In this document: positions 13,597 to 25,792 of the stretch, in pieces
How the letters are laid out: each line of letters opens with the position of its first letter
Position numbering within the stretch: the first letter of the stretch is position 1
Source: Protoeuglena noctilucae
Lineage: Eukaryota
Direction: 5' to 3'
Assembly (NCBI GenBank): GCA_958009085.1
Contig: OY253674.1
Span: 1,116,001-1,180,000 of the forward strand
DNA: 64,000 nt
The notes under the pieces: generated by a model
Told to the model about the DNA's origin: nothing
What the model saw: the letters and a program-made list of their open reading frames with translations, nothing else
Databases searched by the model: none
Made by a program: the position numbers and the translations under genes

Positions 13597-13797
13597 GGCC
13601 GCCAATCGACGAGGTCGGGAAGAGCCAATCGAGCAGAATTTCTGTCCCAACACGGAGGAAGCGCGCGCCGGGAAATGGCCGCCGCGCGCCGCCACGCAGG
13701 CTCCTTACCTGCGTGTCGCGGGCACGCCAGCGAAACGGCTCAGTCACACAGCCTCCCGCCCTGCCCGCGGTGCCAAACGCACCGTTCAGCAAGCACC

Positions 13798-14447
13798 ATG
13801 GGCAAGAAGGGCAAGGACAGGAAGGCCAAACGGTCGCTCGCGCTGGAGGACCTCTCTCCGGTGCGTGGGCGCGTTTTACAGGACTGCCGCGGAGCCTCGG
13901 GGTTGCGCGTGACGCTGGACATGTTGTGTTCACAGGCCGCTGACGACGGGTGGAAGACGAGCACAGCGGACATCGCCATGGAGACGGACGACGAGGAGAA
14001 AGATGCGGCGGCGGCCCCCGACGTCATGGGCGCAGACGAGGCCCGCATGGATGAGGAGCGCGCAGCATTGGGCAATCTGTTCAGTCTCTTGGAAGGTGCT
14101 AGCCGTGGACGGCGTCGCGCCTGCGTTTGGACACGCCTGAAGCCAGCGCGGCGGTCCAGAGAGCCTGCCGCGCTGACTGCCTCGCCGCAGGGACGGACGG
14201 GTTGGATCCGAAGGAGATACTGAAGAAGAACAGCCATCTGGTGACACCGAAAGGCGTCAAACAGGCCCTGAAGCTCGGCGTGCGCGTGAGCGTCTCGGGG
14301 AAGCGCGGCAACGCGACGGGGAAGCGCAAGGCCGCGAAGAGGGTGGCTGCGATCAAGGCCATGAGTTTCAGGGACCGGCTGAGCATGGGCGCGCAGAAGA
14401 AGACCGACAAGGCCTTGCGGCGCACCCAGCTCAAGCGCATGTACTAG
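13798..14447 (+). CDS. Small Lys/Arg-rich hypothetical protein, possibly nucleolar
   Basis: Three exons join in frame: MGKKGKDRKAKRSLALEDLSP / AADDGWKTS...METDDEE / TDGLDPKEILKK...KRKAAKRVAAIKAMSFRDRL...RRTQLKRMY*. Confidence 0.65.
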
Positions 14448-14532
14448 GTATTGATAGCCAGGTTTCCTTTTCGTCCCTTCCGTCACTTCGCAGCGATTCA
14501 ATTGCATTGATTTCTCGCCAAGAGCGTCGCCG

Positions 14533-17500
14533 TCAGTACCTCCCGCGGCGCGGGCCTCCCCACCCGCCGTGCCCCCGCCCGCCGCTCCGCACCCCCGCCG
14601 CCAGCTCCATGCGCCGCACCTCCTCCCGCAGCGTGTCCGGCAGATCTCCGAAAGCCACCTCCACCTCCGGGTACTCCCCGTTCCGCGCCTGCCCCACCGC
14701 AAGCGCCTCCACCTCTGTTCTCGGGTTCCAGTATATCACGGGCTTGGCCTGAGTCTTGCGGAAGAGATCGTCCAACGACGGCGGCTCGGGCTCCGGCGGC
14801 GCCGCGTCGCGCGCTCCCCGGCCCCGCAACTCCCGCCCCGCGTCCCCCCGGCCCTGCGTGCATGGAACAGTGCCCCCATGCTGCGATGCGGTCGGAGCCC
14901 CCAGAAAAGTCACTGCAATCGAATGACAGCGACAGCAACCGCCCCGGCCCCGCCCGCGTCACCTCTCGCGCATCGCTGCCGTTGCGCACCCCCGGCACGT
15001 CCCTGGGGTCCATGCCCCGCCCCACCGTCGTCATCCCCCTCAGTTCTTCATCCCTAATGTCGCGCGAGGGCCTGTCCTCCCTGTGAATGCAAGCGGCGCT
15101 GAGGCGAGTCGCATCAAACCAAGCGCGAAGGGGCGGGTTGCAACTCAGCAGGGGCTGCGTTGGGTGCGACCACTCACCGCAGCTCCCTCCCTGGCGACGC
15201 GCCGCGACGAGGCGCGGGGCGCTGCGAAGACGTGAGGTAATTCACTTGTGGATTGCAGTTGCCAGGTTAAATCCTGGCCCGGGCGAGGCATGGGCAAGCA
15301 GCAGCCGCGTCCCATGGGCAGCACACGCTGATGGGACACACGCATGTCACCTCATCCGATCGGCTGCCTGCCGCCATACGGCCCTCTCCGTCGCGCCGGA
15401 CCACCTCCACGACGCGCGTGGCTTTGTTTCTGCGGCGATTTGAGAGATTTGACCCGGTTTTCAAGTCTTGCTTTGCCATAAAGGGGCAACCCCCGCAGAG
15501 AACCCCCGCAGAGTCATGCACAAACGCAAGCAGCCCCGCCTGCCACGTCCTGAGCACCCAAAAGCTTCCACATACACGCATATGCAAGCAGGGACTCGCC
15601 TGGCCCCCACGTCCTGCACTGCTTGGTGCAGCGCATCCCCCAGCAAGCGGTCGGGTGCACGGCCCCTCCTCACAACCGGAGCCCTGTCATCTGCGGCACC
15701 TGCGGGAAAGCGAGGGAAGCCAATGACGACCAACGACACCCGCGTGGCGATGGATAGGCACAGCCACAGCACTCCCGACCACCCCTGTCGACCACCCGCA
15801 CCACCACAGCACTTCCCCCACCCACCACCAACCCCCCACCGGCCGCAGCACCCTGCCTGCTCACCCGCGGCGTCCGCCTCGCCCGCGCCCTGCAGCACCG
15901 CCTCCGACTGCGCCTCGATGATCCTCCTCGCGTCCTCCACGGCCACCAGTGCCGCCGACAGCGTGCGTCCGTCCACGCGGTGGTCGGGGAACCTGAGCCC
16001 CTGCAGGCCCTCCACGGCTCTGGCGGCGGCGTCGGCGTCAGAGAACACGCACCAGCAGTGGGTCTTGATGGTGGGCATCCACAGGCCCTCCAGGGTCCCG
16101 TACTCAGACAAGAGATCACGCACCTGCGGGGCAGGGACCGGGGCTGACCAAAAGATGAGGAACGATGATTGGCATAGACAGGTGTAGATTGGCAGATAGC
16201 ATGGTAGATAGCTCCAGGCGTAGAGAGGCGTAGAGTGTGCGCAGCTGTGATGGGCGCACAGGGTGAGAGCCCCAGTGCCGTGGTCGTGCTAAGGGGGTTG
16301 GAAAGGTCATTGGCGTTGCGGGTTCAAGGGGCCGAAACGCGGCCCGCCTGGCACCAGAAACGGGGAGCGCGGCGGGGCTGGGAAACGTGCTCTGTCGCTC
16401 GCGGCTCTGATGCGCATGACATAACTCTGGACCGGCCACAAGATGGCTGCCAATGGCTGCGCCATCTGCCACTCTGTGGCTAAGCCTGGCTCGCTGTCCC
16501 GTCCTTTGCTTGCAGCAGAGCGTCCCGGGGTCCAAGGCATTTCGCCACCCCCGTCAAATGGGCTCATTCCCATCTCAGCCGCGTCGTTGAACCGCCCAAT
16601 GTCCCCACTCCCATCCACCATTCCCATCTCCCTTATTTCTCCCCCTCTCGCCTACCACCACCACCACCACCATCCCCCTCACGCCATCCACCCCCTCATC
16701 CGCACCCTCCACCCCCACGCACCCACCACCCCCGCCATCCAGCCCCATGCGCACCGTCCCTCAGTTGGGCCTGTCCCAGCGAGAGTCCCCCGTCTTGTTG
16801 TTCCAATAGTAGGTGCGGCCCTGGTCATCCTTGTGCTCCTCCCACCCAGCCGCCACCGCAGACGCCGACAGCCCAGGGCGCGCGGGGGCCGGCGGGGCCG
16901 CAGCAGCCGCGCCGCCGGCCGCACCGCCGCCGTACGCGCCACCCGCGCCCGCATTGTACCCGCCGTATGCAGGGGCACCCTGGCCCTGGCCGGCAGCGGC
17001 GTAGCCACCGGCAGCTCCGGCGCCACCCGCAGGGGCCGGGTACCCGCCGTTGCCCCCCGGGGCTGAGCCGTAGCCCTGCCCCGCGGCCGGCGCAGATCCA
17101 AAGCCCTGCGCCGCCGGCTGTCCACCGTACCCACCGCCAGGCGCAGAGCCGTACCTCGCGGCTGCGGGAGCGGGGTCGTACGCGCCACCACCAGCCGGGT
17201 ATCCCGCGTTGCCACCGGCCGGCGCCCCGTAGCCGCCCGCCGCCGGGCCTGGAGCGCCAGAGCCGTAGCCGCCCGCAGCAGGGGCCGCCTGGGAGCCATA
17301 GCCGCCCCCACCGGCAGCGTAACCACCGCCACCACGCCCGTATCCGCCCGCAACAGGGGCAGCTCCGCCGTAGCCGCCCTGTGCGGGGCCCTGCGCAACT
17401 GCAGCGGGGGCGGCAGCGGCAGCCGACCCGTACCCAGCGCGCGGCTCAGGCGCGCCACGGGCGTACGTGGGGGGATAGTCAGCGGGTGCCCTGTCCTGCC

Positions 17501-20500
17501 CAGCACCCGGGCGGTCGTAGCCAGCGGGGGCGCGAGAGCGGTCATAGGCAGGAGCAGGGTCATAGGCACCCCCGGGGGCGCGGCCCTGCCCGGGGCGGTC
17601 GTAGGGCGCGGGGTGCTGCCCACTCCCGTACCCAGCGGCCCCTCCAGCCGCGCTGCCATAGCCACCAGGCGCACTGTATGAGCCATCGCCGGGGCGGCTG
17701 CCGTACCCGCCCGCCGCCGCGCTGCCGTACCCGGCGCCCGGGGCAGCGCCGCTGCCGTAGCCTCCGCCCGCGGCCGCGCTGCCATAGCCGCCCGCGGCGC
17801 TGCCATAGCCGCCCGCGGCACTGCCATAGCCGCCCGCCGCGCTGCCGTAGCCACCGGCGCTACCGTAGCCCCCACCGCTGCCGTATCCACCCCCCGGTGC
17901 GCCGCCGTAGCCCCTGCCGCCGGGGCCGGGCGGGCCCCGGTCGAAGCGGGACTGCCGCTCGCCCCCGTCGTGGTGCTGGGGCCGGTCGGGCCCCGGGTAG
18001 CCCGGCTTGCCGAAGCCGCCCCCACCGCGCTCGACCCACTCGGCGTACCCCGTGATGCCCAGGTCGAGGCAGCGGTTGACGTGCTCTCCCTTGGCGACCT
18101 CCATGAGGCAGGTGCGGAGGGGCTCAACGCTGCGTGGCGACCCGTAGATGCGGATGATGGCGGGGTCCTGGTGCTGGTCCATGAAGATGCGCGCCCCCTT
18201 GGCCTGCGACTGGAGCTCCTTGATGGTCCGCCCGCCGCTGCCGATGATCTTGCCGCACATGCCCTGGGGGATGTGCACCAGCCACTCGCTCGTGTACTTG
18301 GTCTCGTCCAACAGCGACTGCGGGTGGGGAGGGTACATAAGTTGAGGCAGGTCGCATTTCAACCAACAGCGACTGCAGGTGAGTGGGGCAGGGGACGAGG
18401 CAGGTCGAAGATGACACTACTTGTTGGGTAGAGCATGGTGAAGCGAGCGGCGCGGTAACAGCAACCGCCATTAGAAGTGCAGTCACAGCAACTCTCTCAA
18501 CCCTCCCACTCGCCTTGGCGGGGTTGGTCTCGATGGGGGCGGTGATCATCCCCCGCACGAACTCGGCGCACTCGCGGACGCGGGCGGCGGCCCCCGCCAC
18601 CGTGCAGGTCTTGCCCTCCCCGTCGCCCCGCTGCATGTCGACACGCACGCGGTACTTGGTCATCAAGCCCCGAATGGTCTCCCCCGCGCGCCCGATCACG
18701 CGGCCGACCATGGGCTCCGGGACTTGGATGACCTCCGTGGCCTGGTCCTCTTCCGTGTCGTCCGGGGCAGCGTGGTAGATCTGGTCCATCACCAGCTGCT
18801 CCGCCAGCTCCACGCAGGCCTGGGGGGGGCGAGGTGAGAAGGGATATGATGGGTCAGTGACACGCAGGCCTGGGGGGTGAGGTGGTGAGAGAGACGATGG
18901 GTCAGTCAAGTGTAGGCATGGGGCAATGCAGCGGTGGCTGCTGCGCAGGCGGCCACCAGCGATGCCTGCTCCTCATCTACAGCAGCTCTCGCAGCACAGT
19001 CCGTGTCACAGACTGACAATCAGATGCCTGAGCGAGACTCGCCTTGGACGGCCCCGTGGCGCGGAGGCGGTAGTACTTCCGCCCCGGCTGCTGCCCGCAC
19101 AGCGACCCGTCCACCACCCCGTCCCCGACCACCACGAAGATGCGGGCCTGGGTGCGGCGCATGAAACTCCGCACCAGATCCACGCCGCGGAGCACGAGGT
19201 CGTGGGCCTCGAGGCTGGCACGGTCCAGCGCACCCAGCATGTCGGAACGCAGGCCGGTGGGGAGGGCCAGGTTGCCGATCAGGTCCACTTCCACGAACCA
19301 GTCCCGCGCCTCCTTGTCCCTCGTGAACGCGAAGCCGTCCAGGCCGCGGTCCTGCAGCAGTGAAGCGGGGTCTCAGAGGGTGTTGCAAACACGACACCCA
19401 GGCAGTCACCCGCATCAACCTTTCATACATGCACCATGCGCATGTGCGATTGTCAAGCGCCAATGGCTGAGACTTGCTGCGGCGCTCACGTTCTCGAGCT
19501 CGGAACTGGTGCCCGGGCCCAGCATGCGGAGCACGTCCTCCTGCGAGTGATGCACACGTATTGCAAAATGAACGTCACGTCATGCCACCCACAGCGCGAC
19601 ACCATGCCATGCCCAAAGCACTCGCTCTATGCGGCATGGCGCTGGCGATAAGAGAGACGCTTATATCTTATCGGCCGCACTATGTACTCACCGGCTTGAG
19701 CTTGATGGCGGAGGGCTTGGCCGTTGCAGGGGCAGGGCGGCCCTCCTTCAGATGCTGGGCCACCGCAGCTGCCGCCGACGCCGCCGCTGCCGCCGCTGCG
19801 GCTGCGAGCTTTTGCTGATCGCCCGCGGTTGGCTTGGGCTGCTCCTGCAAGGGCAGAGACGGACGGGCAAGCTTGACAATCAGCGAATCCGTGAAAATCA
19901 CGCATAAGTGGGGTGCATGGCGGGCATGCTGAAAACCACCATGCCATTGATGACTAAGCGAGGGGTCACTGCTGCAGCGGAGCTCAGGCGGAGGGGGGGG
20001 GACGGGGTGGACGGGCAGAGGGGCGGAATCGAGTTTGTGGTTCGGTCATATGCCGGATGTGCGGGGGAGAAGCGCAGGTGCGCTAATCTGAGCGAGTGCT
20101 GGGCAAAGAGGGCCTCTCGGGTAGGGCTTGTGCATGTCGGTGAATGGAGGGTGAGGTGCGGGATGTTGTACGGGGCCGTGGATTGCAAGGGCCGTGGGCG
20201 GTGGTCGGGACTCGGTGGGGTGGGATCCGTATGGCGCTTCCTGTGAGGCCAGAGGGAGCGCGTGTGCCGGGGAGGTTGGGTGTGGTCGCTGCCACCACGC
20301 GTGATCGTGGGCGAAGGATCAAGGCATGTGCGTACGTCGCGCAACGCACCTGGTCAGCGTGAGCCCTCATGATACGGCGCCTCCGCTCTTGCGTTTGGCA
20401 CCGCCGAAGCGCAGGGGCGTGTGGGAACACCAACAACGCCCCAGGCTTGGATGGCCGTGTCATCTCTGGTGACGCTCGCGCCCAGCCTGCCTGGCTGCCC

Positions 20501-21533
20501 ACCCTTCCACCCTTCCAGGCCGGCCATCACACGGGTCCATCCCGTAAGTACATTGGCTCGCCATTCGCCCGCCTTGGGCTATCGAAACGGGCAATGGCAG
20601 GAAAAAGAAAAGGCCTCCCTAACGGGCCATGAAAACTCGAAACTCCCCATTACAGGGGCAAAACGGCATGGAAAAGGGCACAGGCCCGGCAAGCGCAGTG
20701 CGTGAACCATGCATGCAGACAGCAGCCACCCATTGCGACACGCCAGGGCCACTCACGTTGTGCTCCCGCAGGGGTCGCACGAATCCCTCCACCTTGATCG
20801 CCGCCGACGCCTCCCCGGCCCCGGCGGGCTTTTCCTCTCCCGGCGCCTCATGCTGCGAGCACAGTGGACACAGCTGCTGTGTGGACCAACATGCGGGGTG
20901 GTACCCATGCCAACAAGCATATGCACAGCAAAGGCGCAGCGAGCAGCAATTACAACTTACAATCACTTGCTGCATGCATATATGTGCCAAAACGTTCTCG
21001 CCTTCGCCTCCTTTGCCGGTGCCTCGCCCTCTGCCGCGTCCTCTGCCGGACGCTTGCGTGACTCCGCCGCACTCTCCCCTGCGCCAGCCTGGTTCTCCGT
21101 CGCCGGCACCTCCTCCTTCACCTCCAGCTCCTCATGTGTCTCCTCAGGCTTCTCCTCATGCTTCTCCTCAGGCTTCTCCGCACCCTCGCCATCACCCACT
21201 GCCTGGCCGTCCACTGCGCCCGCAGCCTCGTGCGTCTGGGCCGGCTCCTCCTCCTCCTCGTGCGGCGCGTCGCCCTGCTTGGCGTAATGAATCAACAACG
21301 TCAGATGGTTGCGCCAAGGCAAGTCACGCGCGGCCCCAAGCGCGTGGGCTCACCGCCACGGGCGGTGTCGGCGGAGGGAGGACCTCCCCGCGCGCCTCCA
21401 GCGACTCCAGGTGCGCGCGCAGACGCTCCTGCAGCTCCGCCTTCTTTCCCGTTCCCGGGAGATCGTAATTGGCCAGTTTCGCCTTCAGGTCCGCGACCCG
21501 CAGCGAGGCAAGCCATGCTTCGTCCACTGGCAT
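14533..21533 (-). CDS. ACIN1: Acinus (ASAP/EJC-associated splicing factor): SAP domain, RRM and RSB motif; its 4633-nt intron 3 hosts a nested gene
   Basis: SAP domain LASLRVADLKAKLANYDLPGTGKKAELQERL (21533-21354). RRM split between IKVEGFVRPLREHN (ends 20757) and VRDLLSEYGTLEGLWMPTIKTHCWCVF (starts 16123), joined in phase 0. C-terminal RSB motif SLDDLFRKTQAKPVIYWNP (~14775-14720). Confidence 0.88.
16761..19845 (-). CDS. KH-domain RNA-binding protein with Gly/Tyr/Ala low-complexity region and C-terminal WW domain, nested in the Acinus intron (start exon uncertain)
   Basis: Phase-0 exons 19845-19692, 19540-19490, 19351-19043, 18819-18514, 18317-16761. KH motifs VPEPMVGRVIGRAGETIRGL and IPQGMCGKIIGSGGRTIKELQ, a divergent KH-like segment upstream, and WW GWEEHKDDQGRTYYWNNKTGDSRWDRP*. 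Confidence 0.88.
17000..17910 (-). repeat. Coding low-complexity repeats (GGYGSAA/GGYG units)
   Basis: Near-tandem 21-nt units (e.g. GCCATAGCCGCCCGCGGCGCT on +) at ~17770-17890 encode GGYGSAA. Dispersed GYG motifs continue to ~17000. Confidence 0.85.
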
Positions 21534-22136
21534 GGCTCCGCGCGATGCTCCCGCGGGCGAAGCCCAAGAGACTACTGCGAACAAGAGGGTCTGATACAGT
21601 CACGTATGTGACAAGGATCGCGCGGCGGGAGCGCCCCGGAAAAGCGGCACGGGACAGGGAAGCGCAGGCTCCTTTGGGGGCGCGGGAGGCTTCCCTCCCC
21701 TTCCCTGACACCATGCACGATGCCCCGTGGATCTCTGAGGGTCATGACATTTACCAGAGTACCGCACGGAGCCAACGCGGGCCGAAACAGCGCCAAGCAG
21801 CCCCCCTTTCGATAGTTACAAGCTCCCCTTCGCCCCCGGCACGGTGTAAGTCATCCCCCGCACGCGTCCAACAACCTACGCCAATCACGCGTGCGATCCC
21901 CCGGCGGCGGCCCAGCCGCGGAGCCCAGAAAAGAAGATCGCCGGGTCGGCGCCACGCAGCCCTCCGTCGACCCCGTCAGCGAGCCAGGGACTATCTTGTC
22001 TGCTGATAATCACAGGACAGCCCAAGAAAGCTCCATCGCCGCTCACCTGTGCGAGGGGGACGCCCGAACAGCCCAAGACGTCAGAGAAACGATTAAATGG
22101 CACCTGTTTCTCTACAGTGCGGAACTAATAAGCCGC

Positions 22137-23258
22137 ATGGACCTGGAGCGGGCCCCGTTCACCCGGAGGAGCCGGCTGGCACATGGCACTCTGGCGGAAC
22201 TTTTCCCCACGAAAGGCCCTAGCAGCTCAGGATTGCGGTAATTTCGCAAAGAGCGTCCCGTTGAGCCTGCCGCCCCACAAGGTTGGGAGCTGCCGTTCAC
22301 GTAGAGAGCCAAGGGGTGCCCCGGAAGAAGCGCTCGTGCGTTGGAGCGACGCCCGCGGGCGGGAAGCTGGTGCGGGCCTCGCGCGCCTGCATGCCTCGCT
22401 CCTGTGCACGCGAAGCTCGCCGCGCACAGCCCCCCGCGCTTGCGGACCCGCCGGCATGCGGCATGCCGGCGAGGCATGACATGCGGTGGCCGTCGCTTCC
22501 GCCCCGACGATCGTTGCCGACGCAGCGCCGTTCACCTGGCCACAGATTGGATAGGGGATGGAGGCGGGGCACCTGGAGGAGGGCACGGTCCAGGTTCGGG
22601 CCCGCACGTGCGGGCTCGGCTCTGCGAGTGAGGGCGCGCTTCTGCTGTTCGGTATCTGGGTGAGACAATGCGTGCGCACTTCTGCATCACAGCCTCGCCG
22701 TCCTCCCCGCAGTCGGGCTCGTCGCACTTGGCGGGGAGCTGATGGCGGTGCCTCACAGGACCGCGTTGACGGGGTACAAGGCGCCGAATGCGTACGGGTC
22801 TCGGCCGACCATGTCCTCCGAGACGACGTACCGCGCTTGCAACAAGGTGCGCATCAGTGGTCCATGTATGCACACATGCCACTAGTTCAGTACCACGGTG
22901 TGCATCCCGGGATGTTCATCCGCAGAAGGTCGCGTTGGTTGGGGAGCGCACGGGAACGCGCAACAAGAAGCTGATGCCGTACTACCCATGGGCAACGAGG
23001 AACCGGCCAACGACGACGCAGCAGAACATCGTGGGGACGCGGTACGGCACGCACGCCACCAGCAAGGAGCGGTACAAGGGGTCATCTACGGTCTCGCTGT
23101 CCAGTGGGGGGATCCACGCCGACAGCCCCTGGCGCACGACCAACCAGGTGTTCAACGAGTGCGCGCTTGTGCGGGACACCGTCGGCCTCACCAACCAGGG
23201 CATCGCGTCCGAGCTGGCCAAGAGCATGCACAAGAAGCAGGGCATTTACGGCAAGTAG
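22137..23258 (+). CDS. Hypothetical protein (5 exons), possibly flagellar-associated
   Basis: Phase-consistent GT-AG exon chain MDLERAPF... / EPRGAPEE... / WIGDGG... / TALTGYKAPNAYGSRP... / KVALVGERTG...PWRTTNQVF...NQGIASELAKSMHKKQGIYGK*. The function is a guess from composition. Confidence 0.55.
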
Positions 23259-23537
23259 GGAGCGGTCTTGTGTTGGCTTGAAAGCATAGCATCACTTTCA
23301 ACCTCTCTGGGCTGGTATTGCCGCCATCGGCACCCTCACAGCACGATGCCGTCGTCTGAAACAGCCCTCACATGCAAGCCTTGAAGCAGCTGGCATTTCT
23401 CCCCGGAGCTATGTTGCCGGAACCATCGCTCCAGGGCCTGGTTTGTTCAGTATATGTCGGGGCACGGGCAAGTGAACCCGGCTGAAGTCACAGGAGTCCG
23501 ACGCCTGCCACAGAGCCGTCCCCAGCAGAGGACGGTG

Positions 23538-25438
23538 ATGGCGTGCTCTTCAGTTAGCCTCGCCGCGCCCTGCGGCTGCGGGGTCAAGGCGCCGATACAG
23601 CTGCGCGCATGGAACCGCTGGCGTGTTGACCCACTCGTGGGCACGCCGCACCCCGCGCTGCGCGACCCGTCCGCCCGGGCACTGCGGACGAGGCGCGACC
23701 GCCGCAGTGAGGTTCAGGTGTGACCGCGAGGCCGGCGGCTGCGGCGCGCTCTCGCGGCTCATCACGAATGTCTTTGCTCATCTTGTTTCGCCTCGCGAAA
23801 GCAGGGCTCCGTCGCTCACGCGACTCGTCGCGAACACTTCTGCTCGCTCCGTGTCGCAGAAGCAAGGCTCGGTCATCCCCGAGAAGGGCGAGGAGGTGAG
23901 GACGTTCGACGAAGCCGTCGTGAGGGTTAGGTCCGGCCGCGGAGGCGACGGCGAGCTCGCCGAGCGCGGCAAGGGCAGATACGTGCGGAACTTCAAGTAT
24001 CGTCCCGGGCGCAACGACCCGAAGCAGATATGGCTGCCGGACTCGAAGCCGGCGGACGGGGAGGACGGTGGCGACGTGGTGGTCTACTGCGACCCTGCTT
24101 GCCAGAGCCTGCTGCATCTGTCGGACAAGGAAGTGCTGGTGGCGCCCTCGGGCGCGAACGGCAACCCGGCGGACGGCAGCCGCGGCCCGAAGCGCCGCGT
24201 GGGCGGGCGGGGCAAGGCGCCCGCGCTGAAGGTGCCTGTCCCGCCAGGCACGGCGGTGTTGCGGGGCGGCAAGCGGCTGGCTGAGCTCGTGCGGCCGGGG
24301 GACTCCGTGGTGGTGGCGCGGGGCGGGATGGGGGGCTCGGGCGTGGTGGGCCAGTCCCGTGAGCAGAGGGCGAGGGACCGTGCAAGGCAAGCAGAGGCGG
24401 AGACGAGGGGAGAGGTGGTGGTGAACGACGTCAACTGGCGCGCAGACGCTCGAGGGCAGGCTGGGGAGCAGGCCACGCTGGTGAGCTCGGATGCTTGGTG
24501 GTGGCTGCGGGTGGCGGTCGTTAGTGGTGCACCTACCAGGGCAGTCCTCGTCTGTGCTCGCAGAAGCTCGTGCTGCGCGTCGTCGCGGACGTGGGGCTCG
24601 TGGGACTACCCAACGCCGGGTCAGTACGCAGCAGGGGCGGGCTGGCGTGACAGGTGGCTGCATGCTATGGCACATTGCGATGCGTCTACCCCTGACGTGA
24701 CTGCAGGAAGTCGTCGTTGCTGAAGGCCGTGACCAAGGCCAGCCCGGCGATTGCCGACTACCCCTTCACGACCCTCACGCCCAACCTGGGCGTGTCTGCG
24801 TCTACGGGTGCCACCCTGGCGGACTTGCCCGGGCTGATCGGGGGCGCCCACCACGGCCGGGGCCTGGGCCGCAACTTCCTCCGCCACCTGCGCCGCGCCC
24901 GCGTGGTCCTGCACGTCGTCGACGCGTCCGCCGAGGACCCCGTCGCCGACTACCGCGTCATTCGCGATGAGCTGCGGATGTACAACCCCGAGTACGTCAT
25001 GCGCCCGCACATAGGCGAGTGTGGGGCAGCTGCGGGCGATGGAGCGGCATGCAGGCTGGTGCGGAAAGGCGACTTGTTCCTTTTCCGGACGCAGTGTGTT
25101 TGAACAAGATCGACCTGGCCGGGGTGCCTGAACGGCTGGGGGAGGTCGAGGCGGGCATCCGGCGCGTGGCAGGTGAGGCACAGGGGTTTGGGCGCATGAC
25201 ACGTGAGCCTGCGCGGCGACGACGTTCTTTGTGTTCGCTTGCCGCAGTGGAGCCCTTCCGCCTTACAAAAGGGGACGTGGCGGAGGATGTGGAGCCGAAA
25301 GAGCCCGTTGCGGTGGTGGCCATCAGTGCCTTCGCGGGCCTGGGACTCGACGAGCTGCAGGTTGCGATCCGGGAGACGTTGGGCACCGAGGAAGCGGACA
25401 ACTTTGATCTGGATTTCGATCTTGAGAGCATCCCCTGA
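23538..25438 (+). CDS. Obg-family GTPase, plastid OBGC2-like
   Basis: FDEAVVRVRSGRGGDG, GEDGGDVV, VPVPPGT, VVARGGMGG, LVLRVVADVGLVGLPNAGKSSLL (G1), ADYPFTTLTPNLG (G2), LADLPGLIGGAHHGRGLGRNFLRHL (G3), LNKID (G4), ISA (G5). Transit-peptide-like first exon. Confidence 0.93.
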
Positions 25439-25792
25439 CTGGCGGGTTCTGACGGGGCCCGAAGCGGGTCGCGGCGGCCTTTTGAAGGATTTGGTGCGAT
25501 TGTTGCGGCTTGAATTCGAAAGTTTTTGGGACCCGGCGCTGCGGAGGGGCAAGCGGACGGACTGGTAGGGTTGTGGCTGGAAGGGGTCGCGGAGGCACCG
25601 GCACGGACCGGCATCTGCGCTTTCTTGGCCGTGTAGCCGGAGCTGGGGGCGACAGAGTGGCATGTGTGGTCGTGGGGGCACGCGGGTGCTGTGGGAAGGA
25701 AGATGAGGTGGGCTCAGAGCGGCTGGCGAGTTGATTGCAGCTCGCTTGGCGACGCTCAGGAACCCAGCCACTCCGCACGCAGCAAGCGTTTC

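Noticed and set aside
17760..17900. Regular 21-nt repeats that might suggest a CRISPR array or minisatellite element
   Set aside because: No unique spacers; the units are in-frame GGYGSAA coding repeats in a eukaryotic exon.
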